From the human T2T-CHM13v2.0 reference genome, Homo sapiens: a DNA stretch of 64,000 bases. This document shows positions 57,062 to 64,000 of this stretch, piece after piece (the stretch's first letter is position 1; the number at the start of each line of letters is the position of its first letter). The stretch lies in the NCBI RefSeq assembly GCF_009914755.1, contig NC_060926.1. The stretch is one strand, 5' to 3'. The notes under the pieces are model-generated. The model searched no databases. It had not been told where the DNA came from and worked only from the letters and a program-made list of their open reading frames with translations. Both the position numbers and the translations under genes were made by a program.

Positions 57062-58471
57062 CACAGCGGTGTGACCATGACTGCATTTTTCTGGGTTTAT
57101 TGATGTGCGTGTCTTAGAAGGCAGAATCCAAGGCTTCGCTCCCTTTCAGCTAGATTACATTGCTCACCTCCCTCTGATTTATCAGTTGTCCTTTGCTCCA
57201 ATAGCATTAGATCAGAATTTATTAAACGTCTTGCTTATATTAAGACATTTTTAGTATTAACAGGTATTCTCTATCTTATACAGTGCTTACCACACATATG
57301 CCAAAGTGATTTTCAATCCATTAATAAATGAAGATTTCATTAGCTGTTTCTATGAGCAAAACATGATCCTAGGCAGTTTGTGAAGGAGATCAGCTATTAG
57401 ATTAAAAACCTTTTTACACAGAACATTCCATTTTCAGCTTACTGGAGAAGCTAAAACATATATTGGGGAATTAACCAAATAGAAGAGAGTATATACTAGC
57501 CACCAACAAAAAGTACTATAGGGATCTATTGGAGAGATTGTTTTGATCAACACGTATCAGTAAAGGTTTCAGGAGGGGCATGAGAGCTGAGGGAAGGCTT
57601 GCATAACGGCTCTGATTCCCTCCTGGAGTGATGCTTAGGATCTACGTAGATTTTTCACAGGGCGGAAAGGAGGTGGTGCTGTATTTCCAGATTCAACACA
57701 GAGATGAGAGGGAATTTTCTGGCTTGGAATTCAAGGCATTTTCTTTCATCTTCCTAAATAATGAGGAAGTCATCACATGTCTCAAGGTGAAATGGGAGGC
57801 ACCCCCTGTCCAGAGACCCCAAGAGAATATGAAACCATTCCTTAGCTTCTCTTTTGAAGTCACAAGCTCCTTGCAACTGTCAGTGCCTTATAAAATCTCT
57901 ATTCCTGTACTTATCAAACTACACCACATTCTGCTGATGTAGCCCATCTTCATGTCCATCACCCAGCACCGTGCCTCTCACAAATTAGTTGTTTAATGCA
58001 CATTTGGTATTACCAAAAATAACAAGATACAAGTTCAGTGCATGCTGCCTCTCTAAGCACAAATCTATGGATCAAATTTTGTGTCAGGCAAGGCTAAGTT
58101 TTCTCAAAATGCTCAGAGTAAGTAGGATGACAATGCTTTCCGGTTTTCTAGAGAGAGTTGCAATTTATGCCTGTTTCTCTGCAAAATAAATAATAGTAAT
58201 CCTTTTCACCTTAAAGTTGTCACAGTTTAGATGATGAATTATGATATGGTCATCCTAAATAGAAGGCTCAATCTATGATAAAATGTGTTGTAGATCTTTC
58301 TTTATTCTCCTACCCTGACACAAAGATAACCTGTTTAACATGTTAGTATAATTCTTCCCTTTTGGAAAATGCATTTGAAAATATCTGGGGCCGCAATTTA
58401 TTCACAAGTCTCATATAGTCATTTTCTTTTTATGTGAAATATTTTCTTTTCCTATAAAAGGAACAAGGGCC

Positions 58472-58662
58472 CCAGTGGTGTTCTGAACATGGTCTGTATG
58501 GTCTGACATATCAGAGCATCTCTACCCAGCATTGCCTGCCCCGACCTGAAGTTGGTATCTTAAAAAGCCATAACAGGATTATTTCCATCATGAAAATGGG
58601 CAAACGCTACAAATCAGACTTTGATTTTGAGAGTCAGTTATGAAACACCATATTAACACTGA
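58472..58662. mobile_element. MER63A-like hAT-Blackjack MITE
   Basis: ccagtggtgttctg...tgaaaatgggcaaacgctacaaatcag...gagagtcagtt...cactg. Confidence 0.7.
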
Positions 58663-60769
58663 TAAGCTGATAATAGGCCATTTAAAAAATTGATAAATAC
58701 AAAAAAGAACGCAAAAATTACCTATAATCTTACCATTTGGGGATTTCCCCTATAAACATTTGGATGTTTCTCCTCTTCTCTTTTATATGCTAACACACAC
58801 AGACACCCACATCATAACACACAGTCATTATAAAGTAATGAGATTTGTTTTGAACAGATGTTACAAAATATAGCCATGTAGATGGGTATCATCTTTTGAA
58901 ATAATCATCTGATGAGTCAGAATGTTTCTTCTAGGAATGATTCCATTGCTCTAAACACTTTTGCATATCCTCTGTCATGACTGTCAGAGAGCCAGTTTAA
59001 GACACCCACTAGAAAATCGCATCTGATTTTCTTAAGCCTAAATTAGAATTCCCAGATTTGTCATTTAATTTATACATAAAGCTTGACTCTAAAAGAAATT
59101 TCTTCTTTCCAAATATAGCTATAAAATGAAGATTGAAACTATTCAAAACAATGTTTTCCAAACCCTGAAGACAGCTTTGAAACAAAGAAGGCATGGCGTG
59201 CGCTGTCATGGAGTGGGGCTGGGAGGCAGGATCTCTGCGTTACGTGCAGGGCCTACAAGGTGTGTATTTTGAAACATATTTATTTGGATGTAAAAGTTCT
59301 ATTATGAACTTTAAAAATCGATCACATTATTTTACAAGTTCACCTTCTGTCTGAATATATGTATGTGTAAACAGTTGCACATTTTAAGACAGAATGTTAA
59401 CCATGATTTAAATATTTAATGCAATTCAAGCTATGTTTTACGCATTTTAAGTTGAGTTTGATAAAACTAAAATGCATTTTTCTAAGCCTTTTTCTCCATA
59501 ATCCTTAATCCCACGTGCATTTTAAAGGAAATGAATTCCGTGTGTTTCTTATTCCATACATTTAACTCGTCAAACAATGTTTTGTAAGGACGCTTTGATA
59601 TCTAAGAAGCCCTTTGAGTCTTTTTATGAGACTTTTTAAGCCTTTCTCCTCAGAAACAGGAAGTCATGTTTGGCCACGACCAAAAGAACTTGCATACCAA
59701 ATGGTTTAAGCTCAATTTGAAAAGGCCACACCACTAGGCTGGGATGGGCTGTCAACGTGGCAACACATGTTCTCCAGGCCCAGAGAAAAAGGAGGTCAGG
59801 TTTTGATCTACTTAGAGGCCATGAATTAAAAGGCATCTCTGTAACAGGTTGGAGTTGCTTAGAAAGTTTAAGAAATGGTAAGATTGCTTTAAAAAAAGTC
59901 ATATTTCTAAATTCCTAGACTGTAATTTGCAGAACTTTTATTTATTTATTTATGTGTGTTTTATAAAAAAAAAAAAAATGACACGTCGAGTATGAGGAGA
60001 GAGCCTACACATGGTGCTTTTGCTGACATCTGACTGCAGTTAGGCCAACTGCATAATTTGGTATTTCTGATCCTTTTTCTCCCCACACACTGCTTTCAAC
60101 TTTCTGGTTTTCTGCTGTAATCATGATCCAGCAACTGATAGGGGTAAATTCTTCAGGGAATTATTCTTCAAATCCACAGAGGATTCCTGCTGCTCATTTT
60201 AATAGGGACGTCTGTGCCTTAACGTTAGGATGTCCTGCTAGTTGCTGGCTCTATAAGGATGACATCGGATGCTGGGAAATCTTGTAGAAGTGTGTACAAA
60301 GAACATAAATTCAGGAAAAATAGTGTCATGTAAGTCTAAGCCACCCTGAAACATAAATTAGATGTCTTTTCATGTTTGATGTGAAAGTATATGCTGACAT
60401 TCTTAGAAGATGAGAGATTTATAACATAAACTTATGTCCAGTGTAATATTAAATAATAAATTAGTTTTAAAAAGTAACACTTACGCAATTTTATTCTCAG
60501 AGTTGTATATGAAGCCAGAGAAAAATACTATATTATTTAATAAGCAGAAAAGCCCATTTGAGGTTAGAAAAAAAATCTGGAGGATTCCTATATCATATTT
60601 ATATTGAAAAATATTTTTAAAAGATTAGTTTTTCTTCCTTTTTTTTTCTACATGACCACCACCATAATTCCTATAGTACTGAGAGGGCGGCATCAGCAAA
60701 TCTGCTCTTCCCCCATGCTCCCTCTCCGAATAGTCGCAATGGCCACAGGAGTCATTAATCATAGTGGCT

Positions 60770-60915
60770 CATGCTTGGATATTTTCCAAATGCTTTCAGG
60801 TCTATTATCTCATTTGACCCTCATAAAAACTTCTAAGTGTAGATAAAACAGGTATTACTATTGCTATTTGACAAGAAGAAAACCAGTCACAGGGAAGTTA
60901 AGAAACTGTCTTAAA
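60770..60915 (-). mobile_element. MIR fragment
   Basis: attatctcatttgaccctcataaaaac...aggtattactatt...gacaagaagaaaac. Confidence 0.65.
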
Positions 60916-62743
60916 AGTAATAAAGTTAATTAATGGTAAAAAGGAAGATGCCTATATGGAGTATTGGTGCCATCCTAGGACCTGTACTTGATTCCTTTAA
61001 AATGACCCCACAGGGAAGGCACTGCCCACCTGAGATGAGGAGGCTGGGCTTGGAGACCCCAGGTAACTTGGCAGAGGCTAAACCCCTAGGGAGGGTCTGG
61101 CGCCACGGAGCCCCAGGCTGACCTGACCCCACAGCTCCTCAGCACAGTTTCCACTTGTACCCAAGAATAAACCCTCCTCTCCTGACCTGTGCTTCCTCCT
61201 CTGGCTCCCTTTCAGCCACACCTGGGTGCTCCTCCCTCCCCAGCATTTCAGGGCAGCCTCACTGTGAGGTGGCAGAATGCGTATTTAAAATGGAATCCAA
61301 CCATGTGTCAAAACAATTACTTCTATTCAGTCAATTCGTTCTAAATGAAACCAAAAATATAGTATACTTCGTGAAACAATGTAAACTGCTTAAAAATGTG
61401 TCATCAGCTGAACAATGTATAAAGGAGAACTAAATTTATAAAGAATAAAATAGACCCACAGTCTTTTACAGGAGACAGCAGGTGCTGTGGGAAGGCTCAG
61501 GCTTGGAGGCGCACAGGCAGCTTTGGATTCTCCAGACAGCCACCTCCTAGACGCATGTTACAGGACAAATCACCTGCCTAATTTTGCTTAAGTAGAAAAT
61601 TGGAATTAATAATAACAATAAAAACACTTCTTGGGGTTTTGGAGCCCATTGAGAGACTACTAAGTTTCTGATAAAAAGAGAGAATTTAAAATGATTGTTA
61701 TTAGTAGGTTTTTTTCCCAAGTGAACCTGAAATGAATGGGTACTTTAGTATTTTATTTTCATTTCAAAATAAGACAAGAGAAAAAGTATGAGAGTGTGTA
61801 AAAAAGTCAGTCATGCATTTTAAGGAGTTAACACAGATGATAGATGAACACAATGTCATCAGCCTTCATCACAAAGTGACCATAAAATATATATTTAGGA
61901 AAATGTAAAAGTAGGGTCTATCAAAGCATTTTCCACCATCATCTATTCAGGACCTCTTCTGCTGTTAAGTAGAGGTGAGAAAAGAACAGTTACAATGGCA
62001 ATAAATAATGTCATATAGTTCTGCCTTTTAGAGACCTGAGGAAGCAGGTAATTTAGGATTAACATGTACAGAAAATAAGACTCCTCTCTCTAGTAAGAAC
62101 AAAGAGACACATCCCAAAGTCTGAAACAAACAAATGAAAACAAAAGTAAAGGAAAAAACACAAACTGAAAACATTCAGAAAGGTCAGTATACATGGGAGG
62201 TAAGTCTTAACTTTGGATTATTTTTCTTAAGAAAAAAGAAAAAAAAGCCTTTGTTTTTAATACACTCACTAAGAGTTGTACAGTGAAAATTTTGTGGAAT
62301 TATTTTAAAGAAAAGGCAAGCTCAATTGCTTTGAAATGGGTGTTTCTGCCAAGCTGTGTTTATTCATGCAATCAGCATTTGTTGTAGCCCTACTAGATGT
62401 GAGGGCCTGTACTGCACAATAGCATGAGGGGAGGGAAGTAAGGAATTAGAACCACTCTCCCGGCAAGCATCAGAGATAGACACACTAGCAGCTGGCTCAA
62501 ATACAGTGTAATAAGTAGCCTAATGAAGGTAAATTTTAAGTGCTCTGGGACTCAAAGGTGGTGACATTTGAGCTGAATCTTAAGTAGAAAGCACAAGCTT
62601 CTCTGGTTTAGAAAAAGGAAAGAGTATATCAGAAAGAATCATGTGTATATAGACATGGAGGTGGGAGACAGCATAGCATGGCTTATTGACAAAATAAAAA
62701 ATATTTTGCTATTATTAAAAACAGGAAATCTAATGAAGAAACA

Positions 62744-63124
62744 CGTTAAAGACAAAATTATTCAGACACGTTAAAATGATAAGGAAAACTTTATTCAAGA
62801 CTATTGCAATAAGGGAGAGAGATTGAACTGAACTCCAAATTCAGCAAAACAGCTGGAGATTTACATACAAGGGGCAGAGCAGAGAGGTTCTTTCTATACT
62901 GGCTTAACAGGATTCTTGCTAAAGAAAGACCAAGAACTTAGACATCAAAGATGAGGAGTAAAGAACTTGATTAGACATCAGGGTGGGGGATAACTTAGCA
63001 GAGTTGTTTGCTAAGACCCAGCTGGGCTGGCCAAAGACAGTTTAGGAGCCACGGTCAAGGCCTAGTGGAGAAGAGGGCTTGAAGGAGCCTGACTGCAGTA
63101 TGGCCAACAGGAAAGCCTTTGTCA
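62744..63124 (-). mobile_element. MER31-like (ERV1) solo LTR nested in antisense L2 remnants
   Basis: gttaaagacaaaattattcag...ctttattcaagactattgcaat...ttaacaggattcttgctaaa...ggagcctgact...ctttgtca. Confidence 0.75.
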
Positions 63125-64000
63125 AGCAGCAAGATCTGAGCTTTGATGGAAAAGAGGTCTGAGGCTAGCTTATGAGTAGCTGTGCATGCCACAATGAGAG
63201 ACTGGATTTTATCATATGAGAAGAGAGAAGCCATTGTAACATTTTGTATTTTAGGAACATATTTTTAGAAATTCTTTCCATGTATTTAAAATAGTTTTCT
63301 TTGCAGTGATATTTAGAAAAGGAAGCATTTACCAAAGACGTGTCCCTAATACATCTATTTGAAACCATTAACTTTCTAAATAGCAGTCAAGCCCTTCCTA
63401 TACATGAGGTAGGAGGCCCAAGAAAAATGAGTTCGAAACCTTTCCTTCAAGAAAGTCACAGTCTATTTCCCCATTGTTCTGAAATCCCAATACAAATGAA
63501 ATTAAAATGAAATCCACATGGGAATGGTCGATTGAAAATGCAGAACCAGTTTGAAAGGTTGTTAAAAATTTATCCAGTAACTCACAACTTACAGAGCCAG
63601 AGTCCACCAGTGGGCTGTGGAGCTTTTAACTTGCCTTGGTTGCTTTCCTCTTGCCACCTCCTCTTTTAGAAGAAGACAGAAACTCTTCTCTGATCCATAA
63701 GGCTTTCCCTCTTAATGCTACCTATGCCACAGTGTGGCTTTAACACTATGGATTTTAGGGACAGAAGAGAGGTGGATGCCTGTAAGTCCATTAGGAAGAC
63801 CATATTAAATAAATCATCTTATTCAAACTGAGGCAATGGTGTAACCAACGAAGACAGGCCATGCCTAAATGCGCAAAGATGTACCTTTGGTAGCCACGTT
63901 GAAACTTATTCAGTTATTAGAGACAGAATATATTGGGCTATGTTGAATGAAAATACATATTTACATAAATTTGGTATTGACTTTTTTTTATTTCCACTAC

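Overview
This is primate, almost certainly human, AT-rich non-coding DNA (intergenic or deep intronic). I could not identify the locus from the sequence alone. I find no supportable protein-coding gene, RNA gene, CpG island, CRISPR array or prokaryotic-type system. The ORF-track entries I could assign fall in Alu, L1, L2, Tigger, MaLR or simple-repeat sequence; the remainder look like chance ORFs. Roughly half the window is transposon relics: 17 Alu-family copies (many with readable target-site duplications, TSDs), a ~5-kb L1-in-L1 stack, near-full-length Tigger1 and Tigger3b, solo LTRs (MLT1/MLT2, MST, THE1C, LTR16, LTR18B, MER31), MITEs, L2 and MIR. Subfamily names come from my recall of consensus sequences, not a RepeatMasker run, and old-element boundaries are approximate. 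I found no credible novel biological system. The best leads are modest. (i) A young Alu carries 4 of the 5 AluYa5 diagnostics and forms a closely spaced inverted Alu pair at 55.5-56.6 kb. (ii) Two recursive-splice-site-like AG|GTGAG motifs lie ~880 bp apart, one with a perfect TACTAAC branch point. (iii) A CpG-retaining TATA+Inr+TCF element sits at ~57.0 kb. (iv) A perfect DR5 retinoic-acid element lies beside an AP-1 site at ~8.3 kb. (v) There are a few candidate cryptic or lncRNA exons.
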